Below, piece by piece: positions 51,077 to 59,875 of a DNA stretch of 64,000 bases. Below the pieces are notes generated by a model. The model was not told the DNA's origin and made no database searches. It saw only the letters and a program-made list of their open reading frames with translations. Source of the stretch: Bacteroidota bacterium. GTDB taxonomy: Bacteria; Bacteroidota; Bacteroidia; NS11-12g; UBA955. Every line of letters starts with the position of its first letter. Position 1 is the first letter of the stretch. The stretch lies in assembly GCA_030830065.1 (NCBI GenBank), contig JAURNR010000047.1, forward strand, positions 4,613-68,612, in the 5' to 3' direction. The position numbers were made by a program, and so were the translations under genes.

Positions 51077-52210
51077 ATGACAGAAAACAGAATTTACCTT
51101 GACAATGCAGCTACTACACCGTTAGATAAGGATGTTGCGGAAAGCATGTACGAAGTCATGAAAGAACATTTTGGCAACCCAAGTTCAACCCATGCTCACG
51201 GCAGAAAAGTAAAAAGCATCATTGAGGAGTGCAGAGGGAAAATCTCCAATCAATTAAATTGTAAACCGTCGGAAATATTCTTCACTTCAGGGGGAACAGA
51301 GGCAGATAATTTGGCTTTGCGAGGCTCAGTCAATCAATTAGGTATAAAAACGATTATTACATCTCCAATAGAGCATCATGCCGTGCTTCATACCGCTGAA
51401 GAATTACATAAAAACGGTTCAGTAGATCTCAAATTAGTGAATATTACGGCCGATGGGTATGTAGATACAAAACACTTAGAGGAATTACTCAGTGAAACTG
51501 AAAATTGTTTGGTTAGCCTAATGCATGCAAACAATGAAATTGGCAATATGATAGACCTACAGGAAATTGGCAATATTTGTAGGAGTCATAATGCATATTT
51601 TCATTGCGACACGGTTCAAACTATGGGTCATTTCCATTTTGACCTTAGCACAAACTTAGTTGATTTTATATGCGGTGCAGCGCATAAATTCAACGGGCCC
51701 AAGGGAGTTGGATTTATTTATATCAACAAAGAAACAAAAATAAGTCCACTGATTACTGGAGGCGCTCAAGAAAGAGAAATGCGTGGAGGCACAGAAAATG
51801 TTTATGGTATAGTTGGTCTTACTAAAGCATTAGAGATGTCCTATGCTACATTGGAAAGTAAAACTCAAAAGTTAAAATCTTTAAAGGATAAGATGATTAA
51901 GCGTTTGAAAAGTGAGTTTACAGACATTAAGTTTAATGGAGATCCTGAAGGTAATAGTTTGTACACAGTACTTAGTGTTTCCTTTCCTCCTTCTGAATTA
52001 GGTAGTTTATTATTATTCAATTTAGATTTAAAAGGTATTTCTGTTTCGGGTGGAAGTGCTTGTTCTTCAGGAGCCGTCGGGGGGAGTCATGTAATTCAAG
52101 AAATTTCTCCTAATACAGATAGAACTACCGTCAGGTTTAGTTTTGGGAAATACAATACCGAAGAGGATATTGATAATACTATTGAAGCTTTAAAGGAATG
52201 GTATTCCTAA
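51077..52210 (+). CDS. Cysteine desulfurase (class V aminotransferase, NifS/IscS/SufS-like)
   Basis: IYLDNAATTPLDKDV N-terminus; GAAHKFNGPKGVGFIY PLP-lysine region; SGGSACSSGA catalytic Cys loop. Confidence 0.85.
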   Translation: MTENRIYLDNAATTPLDKDVAESMYEVMKEHFGNPSSTHAHGRKVKSIIEECRGKISNQLNCKPSEIFFTSGGTEADNLALRGSVNQLGIKTIITSPIEHHAVLHTAEELHKNGSVDLKLVNITADGYVDTKHLEELLSETENCLVSLMHANNEIGNMIDLQEIGNICRSHNAYFHCDTVQTMGHFHFDLSTNLVDFICGAAHKFNGPKGVGFIYINKETKISPLITGGAQEREMRGGTENVYGIVGLTKALEMSYATLESKTQKLKSLKDKMIKRLKSEFTDIKFNGDPEGNSLYTVLSVSFPPSELGSLLLFNLDLKGISVSGGSACSSGAVGGSHVIQEISPNTDRTTVRFSFGKYNTEEDIDNTIEALKEWYS

Positions 52211-52221
52211 CCTAATAATTT

Positions 52222-52644
52222 ATGGCACTGTTGTATATAACAAGAAAAGAGCATTTTAATGCGGCCCACCAACTGTGGGACGATAGATTGTCTGAAGAAG
52301 AGAATTTTGAAATGTTCGGGAAATGTGCTAACCCAAATTTCCATGGGCATAATTTCGACTTATATGTTTGTGTTAAGGGGGAACCAAATAAAAATACAGG
52401 ATTAGTTATGGATCTTAAAATATTAAAGAAAATAATACGAGAGCAAGTAACTAATGAATTGGACCACCAAAACTTAAATCTCGATGTTCAATGGCTAATA
52501 GGTAAAATGCCGTCTATTGAAAATATATCTGTTGCCATTTGGCAGAGAATAGTTCCTCATCTACCTGATGGCGTTTCATTACACAAAATCACACTTTGGG
52601 AAACCCAAAACAATTTTGTGGAATTCTTTGGTGAAGGGTTGTAA
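52222..52644 (+). CDS. queD: 6-carboxy-5,6,7,8-tetrahydropterin synthase (6-pyruvoyl-tetrahydropterin synthase family)
   Basis: 140 aa; FNAAHQL...CANPNFHGHNF zinc-ligand histidines. Confidence 0.85.
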   Translation: MALLYITRKEHFNAAHQLWDDRLSEEENFEMFGKCANPNFHGHNFDLYVCVKGEPNKNTGLVMDLKILKKIIREQVTNELDHQNLNLDVQWLIGKMPSIENISVAIWQRIVPHLPDGVSLHKITLWETQNNFVEFFGEGL

Positions 52645-52651
52645 AATTATA

Positions 52652-53125
52652 TTATTTGAGACTCGTTTTGAAGGTTTTAATTAAACTTAAAAACGAAAAC
52701 ACCCAAACCAAAATTAACCATATAAAATTGACATTTACAACTGAATCTATAATTGTACTTCCTAAATCATATTTCACATTGACATAGTTAATAACTGATA
52801 CAACAATATCGGAAAGAACTAACCCAAATGTAATAACAATAAATATACTCTGATATTTAATATTTCTTGAATAAAGAATTGCTAGCAATGAACTAATGGC
52901 GCCTACAATTAACAGGCCTAAACTCACAAAATTTATTTGGTCAACAGGAGGTTTATTATTAACAGAATATGAAGCCATTTTCCTCCAATACTGTAATTCA
53001 AGATGCCCAATGGTGTTCGTAGAGACTCTAACTTGAAACTCAGCAACAATAGGATTGTGAAAAATTATTAAAAACAATGTTGCAAAAGCTAAAAACATAT
53101 ATAGAATATGGAATCTTCGAATCAT
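52652..53125 (-). CDS. Hypothetical small integral membrane protein
   Basis: 157 aa, 4 hydrophobic helices; 1 nt downstream of the histidine kinase gene. Confidence 0.3.
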   Translation of the reverse strand: MIRRFHILYMFLAFATLFLIIFHNPIVAEFQVRVSTNTIGHLELQYWRKMASYSVNNKPPVDQINFVSLGLLIVGAISSLLAILYSRNIKYQSIFIVITFGLVLSDIVVSVINYVNVKYDLGSTIIDSVVNVNFIWLILVWVFSFLSLIKTFKTSLK

Positions 53126-53126
53126 T

Positions 53127-54299
53127 TTATTGAGTTTGGTTCAAAATTATTCTAATTGTAGTTTTTGAATTTGGTCTACTTTCCTTTACAAAAATTTGGC
53201 CTTTATGATAATCTTCAATAATTCTTTTTGCAAGGGATAAACCCAGACCCCATCCTCTCTTTTTTGAAGTAAATCCTGGCTTGAAAATATCTTTCATTTG
53301 GTTTCTAGGAATACCTTTACCTGTATCAGTTATATCAATGTATATTTTTCCGGGAAAATCCATCATTTTACATTGTATTGAGCCTACCCCATCCATGGCA
53401 TCTACACTATTTTTAATTAAGTTCTCAATTACCCAATTCAATAAATTTTCATTTACATAAGCTTGAAGTTTATTTGAGGGTAATTCCCAGCTAAGATCAG
53501 TTTTAGAACTAATCCTATTTTTCATGTACAACAGAGAACGTTCGACAATTTCCGTCATTACTAATAATTCTAAAACAGGCTCTGAACCTATTTTCGAGAA
53601 TCTCTCTGTTATAATCTTTAACCGATCAACATCTTTGCGCATTTCTTCACCAGCATTATCGGGTATAATATTATTATCAATGCATTCAACCCAGCCCATT
53701 AAACTAGAAATTGGTGTACCCAATTGATGTGCAGTTTCTTTTGCTAATCCAACCCAAACTTGATTCTGTTCGCTTCTGGTTGAATAAGAAAATGCAAAAT
53801 AACTAACAAGCACAAATAGAGCAACAATCGCCAATACAACCAACGGGTAATATTCCAATTGCTTTAAAACTGAGCTTTTACCAAAATATACCTTATAGGT
53901 TGTATTTTCATCTATTGGAATATCAATCGGTTTATTTTCAAGATTAAATTCATTAATATAAACTAGCAATTCTTGCTTACTAGGTTTTACTGTTTCTTCT
54001 CCTAAATTAACGTATTGAATAATTCTACCACTTTCAGATACAAGTATAGCAGGGATAGTCTCATTTGCTTGAACAATAGAAAGGTGGAAACCTAAGTCCC
54101 CTTCAGAATTAGGGTCTGATAAAATTCGTTCTGCATCAGCCCAAATGCTCATCTTTTTCGATTCCTCTGCAGCAATTTTGTTTACCAATCTCTGAGATAA
54201 TAAAAGCGTAATAATGCTTATCAGTATTGCAAAAAGGAACAAAATAATCTTAATAAATCTCCTTAATTCATAGGCGTTTATTTTGTTATTCTGTTTCAT
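53127..54299 (-). CDS. Sensor histidine kinase (orphan; two TM segments plus periplasmic domain)
   Basis: HisKA H-box AHQLGTPISSLMGWVE; HATPase N/G boxes NLIKNSVDAM...DTGKGIPRNQMKDIFKPGFTSKKRGWGLGL. Confidence 0.85.
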   Translation of the reverse strand: MKQNNKINAYELRRFIKIILFLFAILISIITLLLSQRLVNKIAAEESKKMSIWADAERILSDPNSEGDLGFHLSIVQANETIPAILVSESGRIIQYVNLGEETVKPSKQELLVYINEFNLENKPIDIPIDENTTYKVYFGKSSVLKQLEYYPLVVLAIVALFVLVSYFAFSYSTRSEQNQVWVGLAKETAHQLGTPISSLMGWVECIDNNIIPDNAGEEMRKDVDRLKIITERFSKIGSEPVLELLVMTEIVERSLLYMKNRISSKTDLSWELPSNKLQAYVNENLLNWVIENLIKNSVDAMDGVGSIQCKMMDFPGKIYIDITDTGKGIPRNQMKDIFKPGFTSKKRGWGLGLSLAKRIIEDYHKGQIFVKESRPNSKTTIRIILNQTQ

Positions 54300-56248
54300 T
54301 ACTTACCCTTGATATATTCGTACAATATATAAATATCTTTACTTACCTCAAATTCACGAGCATAAAGGAAGTTTACATCACCTTCAAATAAGGTATCGGT
54401 CCAGTTAGCACTTGGTGTTATAATACCCGGTTTCATTTTTGGTAATAATTCAGAAGATTTTAAACCATGGTAACTAATCCATGTTTTTCCACCAAATAAT
54501 ACAACAAGACTGTTTTTAAACAAATTCCAAACTCTGTAGTTTATTACTGAACCCAATAATGTAAAGGGAATAAACATCCATAGTAACAAGCTTATCATCA
54601 TATCAAAAACCCTCTTACGCCGTCTGTTATATTTTTCCGCTATGTTATATTGTACGTCCATTGTAAAGAGTTCCCCAGGCTCATTCTTAGAGTCAGAACC
54701 TATAATAAATTCACTAGTTGATGGAGCAATTTTAACTTGAACGGACATTCCTGAAAATTCAGACATTTTTTTCATTATTGTGGAAGCAGGAACATCCATA
54801 GAGCTAAATATTACCAAATTTGCTGAATAAATTTCGACTAACTCAATTAACTGATGTAAACCTCCTATATAACCCTCACCTTTTTCGTTTTTAGAATTAA
54901 CTTTTCCTAACAATGTATGCTTTATTCGAGTATTGATAAGTAAATTGTTAATACGGTCACATTCTTCTTTTGTTCCAACTAAAAATACCCTTCTTTGTGT
55001 CAATGGATTAAATGAAAAACGAGAATATCCCATTTTCCCCATGATAAAACGAAAAAGTAGGGTACTTCCTATTGCCCAGGCGGAACCTAAAGCCAATATT
55101 GCTCTTGAGAATTGCCATTCTTTTGGGAAAAAAGCATAAGCAGCAAACAACAAAATCGTTCCCACTAAACCCCCTCGAAATAATCGAAAAGGTAAAAATG
55201 GTTTATCATAAGCCCCAGACAAGAATGAAGATAAAACAACAAGTCCTGCGTAAAAGGGAATGTGGAAATAATAATAATCCAAAGGATAAAAATGAGGTAC
55301 GAATTTGTGGTATAACTCCCAATAGCTTGCAATTCCAAAGTACCCTATGTAAATCAATAAAAAATCAGCAATTGGCTCCCAAAACCTTGAAGCACCTCTA
55401 AAAGCAATTGCGAGCCCCGCTCTTAAATAAATAGCAATTCGAATCCAAAAAGTAAACCAACCCGCCATCCTACTCGAATAGTGCTTCTGAGCAAACAAAA
55501 TCATGGCATTATAGAAGACTTTTACATAATTAACAGACTTCTTTTTGGTACTTTCTCCTTTGTAATGTATGATGGTTGTTTCAGGAAAGTAAACATTTTT
55601 ATAACCAGCTTTTATTATTCTGTAGGACAAATCAATATCTTCACCATACATAAAAAATGCTTCATCAAGCAGTCCCACTTCCTCAAGCACTTTCGACCTC
55701 ATCATCATAAAAGCACCAGCTAATACATCAATCTCATGGGTCTCATTTTCTGGCAGATACTTCATGTGATATCGTCCAAATTTCTTTGATCCGGAAAATA
55801 AATTTGCCAATCCTGTCATTTTGTAAAATGCAACTGCTGGAGTTGGTAAGCCCCTTTTACTTTCAGGTAAAAAATTTCCCTTACCATCAATCATTCGAAC
55901 ACCTAAACCACCAACATCAGAATGTTCATCCATAAAGTTTAAACATTTTTCTAATGTATCATCCTGTAATACGGTATCTGGATTTAACAATAAAATATAA
56001 TCCGAATTACTCTTAAGAATTGCTTGATTATTGGCTTTTGAGAATCCTACGTTTTCATCATTTTCAATTGTTTTTACCCATGGAAATTTAATTTTTACCA
56101 TTTCCATACTGGCATCTACAGAATTATTATCTACCACCCAAACCTCAACATCTAAATTTTTTACGGCAAGTTCAACTGACTTGAGTACTTGCTCCAGAAA
56201 GTGACGTACATTATAATTTACTATTACAATTGAAAGTTTATGCATCAA
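54299..56248 (-). CDS. Family-2 glycosyltransferase fused to a polytopic membrane domain with a sugar-transferase-like C-terminal segment
   Basis: N-terminal GT2 LSIVIVNYNVRHFLEQ...VVDNNSVDAS...LLLNPDT; ~8 TM helices; C-terminal RRRKRVFDMMISLLLWMFIPFTLL resembles the start of a bacterial sugar transferase domain. Confidence 0.7.
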   Translation of the reverse strand: MMHKLSIVIVNYNVRHFLEQVLKSVELAVKNLDVEVWVVDNNSVDASMEMVKIKFPWVKTIENDENVGFSKANNQAILKSNSDYILLLNPDTVLQDDTLEKCLNFMDEHSDVGGLGVRMIDGKGNFLPESKRGLPTPAVAFYKMTGLANLFSGSKKFGRYHMKYLPENETHEIDVLAGAFMMMRSKVLEEVGLLDEAFFMYGEDIDLSYRIIKAGYKNVYFPETTIIHYKGESTKKKSVNYVKVFYNAMILFAQKHYSSRMAGWFTFWIRIAIYLRAGLAIAFRGASRFWEPIADFLLIYIGYFGIASYWELYHKFVPHFYPLDYYYFHIPFYAGLVVLSSFLSGAYDKPFLPFRLFRGGLVGTILLFAAYAFFPKEWQFSRAILALGSAWAIGSTLLFRFIMGKMGYSRFSFNPLTQRRVFLVGTKEECDRINNLLINTRIKHTLLGKVNSKNEKGEGYIGGLHQLIELVEIYSANLVIFSSMDVPASTIMKKMSEFSGMSVQVKIAPSTSEFIIGSDSKNEPGELFTMDVQYNIAEKYNRRRKRVFDMMISLLLWMFIPFTLLGSVINYRVWNLFKNSLVVLFGGKTWISYHGLKSSELLPKMKPGIITPSANWTDTLFEGDVNFLYAREFEVSKDIYILYEYIKGK

Positions 56249-56853
56249 GAGGTGGTATAAGTAGTTCTTTGCAATAAGCTTCTGCCTAGTGTTATTTCAT
56301 CAATATATTCCAACTCTCCTCCTATAGAAATCCCTCTAGCAATACTGCTTATTTTAACGTTTAAAGGTTCTAATTTCTTGCCTAAATAATACATTGTTGT
56401 ATCGCCTTCTACTGTAGCACTTAATGCTAAGATTACCTCTTCCGGCTTTTCATCTGTAACCCTTTCTACCAGTGATTCAATCTTTAAATCGGCAGGCCCT
56501 ACGCCATCCATTGGAGATATGAGGCCACCAAGAACGTGATAAAGACCTTTATATTGTCCTGTCCCTTCAATTGCCATCAAGTCACTAAAATCTTCGACTA
56601 CACAAATTTGTTTTTCCGTTCGATTTGGGCTACTGCAAATTCCACAAATTTGAGTATCACTCACTGTACCACATTTATTACAAAATTGTAGTTCAGTTTT
56701 AAGTTTTATCAGGGATTCTGCCATTGAACCTACCTCATTTTCAGGTCGATTCATTAAATACATCACTAATCTCAAAGCAGTTCTCTTACCTATACCCGGA
56801 AAGCCTGAAAGCGCATCAACTGCTTTTTCAACAATTTGAGATGTAAATTGCAT
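56245..56853 (-). CDS. recR: Recombination protein RecR
   Basis: Zinc finger CNKCGTVSDTQICGICSS; Toprim region; 202 aa. Confidence 0.95.
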   Translation of the reverse strand: MQFTSQIVEKAVDALSGFPGIGKRTALRLVMYLMNRPENEVGSMAESLIKLKTELQFCNKCGTVSDTQICGICSSPNRTEKQICVVEDFSDLMAIEGTGQYKGLYHVLGGLISPMDGVGPADLKIESLVERVTDEKPEEVILALSATVEGDTTMYYLGKKLEPLNVKISSIARGISIGGELEYIDEITLGRSLLQRTTYTTS

Positions 56854-56923
56854 AGTTGCGAAAATAAGGTAAACAAAAGGGATTTAAGGGATTTTCCGCA
56901 AATTCCGAGTAACTTTGTACTAT

Positions 56924-57271
56924 ATGTTGATTGAAGTACTTCAAGCAAAAATTCATAACGTTCGAATTACGCAAACAGAACTGAACTATACCGGCAGTAT
57001 AACAATGGATATGGACCTTGTTGATGAAGCAGGAATGATTCCTAATCAAAAAGTTCTAATTGTTAATAACAACAATGGTGAACGATTTGAAACATACATT
57101 ATTGAAGGTGATCGTGGATCAGGAATAATTGGCCTTAACGGTGCTGCTGCAAGAAAAGGACAAATCGGAGATGAATTAATCATTATGACATTTGCTCAAT
57201 TAGAATTAGAAAAAGCAAAATCTCATCAACCAAAAAATATTTTCCCAGATAGAAATAATAAAGTTATCTAA
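56924..57271 (+). CDS. panD: Aspartate 1-decarboxylase
   Basis: MLIEVLQAKIHNVRITQTELNYTGSITMD (pyruvoyl-forming G-S); start taken at the internal ATG. Confidence 0.9.
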   Translation: MLIEVLQAKIHNVRITQTELNYTGSITMDMDLVDEAGMIPNQKVLIVNNNNGERFETYIIEGDRGSGIIGLNGAAARKGQIGDELIIMTFAQLELEKAKSHQPKNIFPDRNNKVI

Positions 57272-57274
57272 GTC

Positions 57275-58279
57275 ATGTCACAAAGTCTCTCACTAAAATC
57301 CATTCTAAAATCTAAAGTTACATTGATGGTTTTAGCAATTGTAGTTTTTGGATATATCCTTTTGAATACAGACTGGAGTAAGACGTGGGTGGCTATTAAA
57401 AATGCAAACTATACTTTTATCCTAGTTGGGTCTTTAATAATGGCTGGCAGCCACTATCTTCGGGGATGGCGGTGGACAATGCTAACCGATGCGGCTGGTT
57501 TCAAAGTCAACCCAAGAAGAGCATTTTACTCAGTAATGACTGGATACTTAGTAAATGTAGCAACCTCTAGAGGTGGTGAAGTTGTTCGATGTGCTGTTAC
57601 CTCAAAAAGCGATAAAGCACCTACTGAAACACTTTTGGGTACAGTAATAACAGAACGAATCATCGATCTTATCGCAATGATTTTCATGGCATTTTTATGC
57701 TTGATTATTCAGTTTAACTATTTGTGGGATTTTGCTGTCGAATATGTCTTTACGCCAATTTCAAAAAATTGGTTTTTCATAGTTTCTGGAGTTTTAGGAA
57801 TTCTTGTACTACTTTTTTCTTGGAGAAAATTCAGCAATACTACTAATAACGGATCAGGAATTTTACAGAGAATAAATGATGGTCTATCTAGTGTTTTTCG
57901 AGTAAAAGAAAAGAGTAAGTTTATTGCACTTTCCCTAGGTATTTGGTTTGGATATTGGTTTAGTATGTATTTCCAACTTCAAGCTCTAGACTTAACTAGT
58001 CATTTCAATTTGGGTAATGCTCTTGCAATTCTACTTTTTTCATCATTAGGTATAATAATCCCCGTTCCTACGGGTGCAGGAGTGTGGTATTCCATTGCAT
58101 ATGGAATGACGTTGGTGTTTGGATTCCCTGAATCGGATTCTCAAACTTTTGGATTCTTCACATGGTCTTTTTCTAATTTATTTCATATTACATTAGGTGC
58201 AATTTTCTACGGATTGCTTTTATTTGAAATGCCCAAAAACGATGAAAAAATCGCAGACTCAACAGAAAGTTTGGGATAG
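57275..58279 (+). CDS. UPF0104 / lysylphosphatidylglycerol-synthase-TM-region-like flippase-family membrane protein
   Basis: 334 aa with 8 predicted TM helices; conserved RGWRW loop. Confidence 0.5.
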   Translation: MSQSLSLKSILKSKVTLMVLAIVVFGYILLNTDWSKTWVAIKNANYTFILVGSLIMAGSHYLRGWRWTMLTDAAGFKVNPRRAFYSVMTGYLVNVATSRGGEVVRCAVTSKSDKAPTETLLGTVITERIIDLIAMIFMAFLCLIIQFNYLWDFAVEYVFTPISKNWFFIVSGVLGILVLLFSWRKFSNTTNNGSGILQRINDGLSSVFRVKEKSKFIALSLGIWFGYWFSMYFQLQALDLTSHFNLGNALAILLFSSLGIIIPVPTGAGVWYSIAYGMTLVFGFPESDSQTFGFFTWSFSNLFHITLGAIFYGLLLFEMPKNDEKIADSTESLG

Positions 58280-58736
58280 AGATAATCTATTACCAAAAAT
58301 AAAGTCCATTCCTGAAGGACAAAAAATTGTATTTACTAATGGCTGTTTTGATATTATACATGCAGGGCATATTGACTACCTCGAAAAAGCCTCACAATTA
58401 GGTGATTTCTTTATAGTAGCATTAAATAGTGATGACTCAGTTAAAAGATTAGAAAAATCACCGGCGAGGCCGTTGCAATCGGAATATTCGCGCATGAGAG
58501 TTATGGCTAGTTTTTCATTTGTTGATGCAGTGGTGATTTTTAATGAGGATACTCCAAAAGAAATTATTGAAATAATAACACCCGATATTCTTGTAAAAGG
58601 TGGTGATTACAAAATACAAGATATAGTTGGGTACGATTGGGTTACTCAACATAATGGACTTGTAACGACCATTCCATTCCTCGAAGGATTTTCAACAACA
58701 GCTATTGAAGAGAAAATTCTCAGTAGCAGAAACTAA
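58242..58736 (+). CDS. D-glycero-beta-D-manno-heptose-1-phosphate adenylyltransferase-like cytidylyltransferase (RfaE domain II-like)
   Basis: KIVFTNGCFDIIHAGHIDYL (HxGH nucleotidyltransferase motif); start set at the internal ATG (MKKSQTQQ), still overlapping the upstream gene by 38 nt. Confidence 0.8.
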   Translation: MKKSQTQQKVWDRDNLLPKIKSIPEGQKIVFTNGCFDIIHAGHIDYLEKASQLGDFFIVALNSDDSVKRLEKSPARPLQSEYSRMRVMASFSFVDAVVIFNEDTPKEIIEIITPDILVKGGDYKIQDIVGYDWVTQHNGLVTTIPFLEGFSTTAIEEKILSSRN

Positions 58737-59875
58737 TGAAAATTACACCTGAGGATATTACTGTATTGATAATAGCGATTATACTTATTTCTATTTACCT
58801 GAATCATTGGCTCAAGGTAAGCCAAAGGTTTTATACAGACAGGTCTATTATTGAAGAATATAAAGATATTCCAATAACATTTTTATGTCCTTTCAAAGAT
58901 GAACAAGATAATATTTTAAATCTTCTAAAGTGCATCAAATCAATACCAAACAAACCACAATGGAAATGGATCTTAATTAATGACCACAGTACAGATAATA
59001 CCATGGAAATCATCAAACAATTTCAAGGTAATAATCCAAAAATTAATTTATCAATATTAAATCTTCCTAATGGTGTTTTTGGGAAAAAATCGGCTATCGA
59101 TGCAGGTGTTTTGAGTGCAAATACGGAATGGATTTATTGTATCGATGCAGATGTTACAATTATTGAATCTAATATTCATCAATTAATGAATGAAACAATA
59201 AAGTCATCTGCTAAATTAGCTTTTGGAGGTATTCAGTATACAGGAGGAAGTTCATTTTGTGAAAGCTATCAGATTATTGAAAATACAGCACTCCTTGCAC
59301 TGGGACGCTATCATTTTTTTAATAATAGACCTAGTATGGGAAATGCTGCAAACATGCTTTTTCAAAAAGACTACTACATCGCACTAAAGCCATTCCAAGG
59401 TAATTCAAATGTATTAGGGGGCGATGATATTTTCTTTATTGAAAAATCATGGAATTCCGATAAAAAACTATATTTCAGTAATAATCCAAACACTGCTTTC
59501 AAAACCAAAGTATTAACAAAATGGCGTGATTTATTTCAACAACGAATACGTTGGGCTCAAAAAACCAAATATCAATCAACCAAAAAAACGCAAAAATCAC
59601 AAATATTATTGGTGATTTTTTTCTTGATTTACTGGGGGACAATCATTCACTTTATGGTCAAAGGTTTATATGCATTTTCCTTATTTTTATTATTGCTCAA
59701 AACTATTTCAGACCAATATTTTCTCCATAGAATCTTATCAAGATCTTACCAAAAAATTCATTTCATTAGCATTATTCAAGCCTCCCTTATTCAACCGTTT
59801 TTTATCTTGTTCATTGGGATTACTCAAATCTTTATCAGAGGAAGTTGGAAGGGTCGGTCTGCTCCTGTTCATTAG
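58736..59875 (+). CDS. Membrane-bound family-2 glycosyltransferase
   Basis: N-terminal TM; WILINDHSTDNT (DxD-like); C-terminal QRIRWAQ motif and TM helices. Confidence 0.55.
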   Translation: MKITPEDITVLIIAIILISIYLNHWLKVSQRFYTDRSIIEEYKDIPITFLCPFKDEQDNILNLLKCIKSIPNKPQWKWILINDHSTDNTMEIIKQFQGNNPKINLSILNLPNGVFGKKSAIDAGVLSANTEWIYCIDADVTIIESNIHQLMNETIKSSAKLAFGGIQYTGGSSFCESYQIIENTALLALGRYHFFNNRPSMGNAANMLFQKDYYIALKPFQGNSNVLGGDDIFFIEKSWNSDKKLYFSNNPNTAFKTKVLTKWRDLFQQRIRWAQKTKYQSTKKTQKSQILLVIFFLIYWGTIIHFMVKGLYAFSLFLLLLKTISDQYFLHRILSRSYQKIHFISIIQASLIQPFFILFIGITQIFIRGSWKGRSAPVH

